64,000 nucleotides of DNA from Lama glama (taxonomy: Eukaryota). Below, piece after piece: positions 63,465 through 64,000 of this stretch. Position 1 is the first letter of the stretch; each line of letters opens with the position of its first letter. The stretch covers positions 22,012,001 to 22,076,000 of the forward strand of contig CM052816.1 of assembly GCA_028534125.1 (NCBI GenBank). Reading direction: 5' to 3'. The position numbers and the translations under genes are program-made. The notes under the pieces are model-generated. The model was not told the origin of the DNA, made no database searches, and saw only the letters and a list, made by a program, of their open reading frames with translations.

Positions 63465-64000
63465 AATACAGTCATAAACTGTGAAATATACATAGAGCTC
63501 ACAAAAGATGTACAGTGTAACAGGTTTCATAAATATATACACCTGTATAACTACTACCCAGTGAATATGTAGAACATTTCATCTCTTCAGAAGGCTCTTG
63601 TCACCTCTCTTGGAAGGGTAATCTAGTTCTAATGTCTATCACCATAGATTGGTTTTGCTTCTTTTTGAATTTCATATAGACAAAAATCTTTTGGTCAGGC
63701 TTTTTTCACTTCACAAATGTCTGAGATTCTTCTATGTTTTTGTATTCATTCTTTTTCATTGCTTTATAGTATGCAGTTACATGAAAGTAACATAATTTGT
63801 TTATCCTTTGCTCTATTAATTGATATTTGGGTTGTTGCCAGTTTTTTCCTATCATAAATAGTAAGTTTCTGAACATTTTGTTCATGTCTTTTTGTGTCCT
63901 TTGATTCATTCCTCTTAGGAATATTCCTAGGAATGAAAGGATTGAAAATGCATGTGCTCAAATTTAAGAGATTCTAACATTAATAGAATCTAACATACGT
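63465..64000 (-). mobile_element. Old L1ME-like 3' fragment
   Basis: cctgtataactactacccag...gatatttgggttgttgccagttttttcct; ORF 63706..63909 is weakly L1 ORF2 tail-like. Confidence 0.6.

Noticed and set aside
1..64000. CRISPR arrays, operons, rRNA, snoRNA/miRNA hairpins or processed pseudogenes
   Set aside because: No regularly spaced repeat-spacer arrays or recognisable structured RNA or retrocopy sequences were seen by eye. An Rfam/Infernal scan would be needed to exclude small RNAs formally.

Overview
Mammalian genomic DNA, AT-rich and repeat-rich, with no prokaryotic features. It is probably from a camelid: there are tRNA-Ala-derived SINEs and short L1 tails of camelid type, and I recognised no Alu, BovB/Bov-tA, PRE-1 or CAN-SINE. 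The + strand carries the last eight coding exons of FNIP1 (folliculin-interacting protein 1; exons 11-18 if the gene has 18 exons as in human) with a ~2.7 kb 3'UTR ending near 35.0 kb. About 5 kb downstream, in tandem, lie the CpG-island promoter and first three coding exons of RAPGEF6 (PDZ-GEF2). All exons have GT-AG boundaries and join in frame. The introns are filled with L1, L2, MIR, MLT1, Tigger and MER relics, several nested with visible target-site duplications. The most notable observations are: (1) the FNIP1 zinc-binding reductive-stress degron reads CNCKYCSP rather than the CNCKYCSH I recall for human/mouse; (2) both candidate distal FNIP1 poly(A) signals overlap perfect miR-25/32/92 8-mer sites; (3) an L1 has its 5'UTR joined directly to mid-ORF2; (4) inverted L1s flank an in-frame FNIP1 exon; (5) there is a short uORF in the RAPGEF6 leader. 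I found no evidence for an entirely new gene system. Comparisons with human proteins and repeat consensi are from memory and need database confirmation, and repeat boundaries are approximate.
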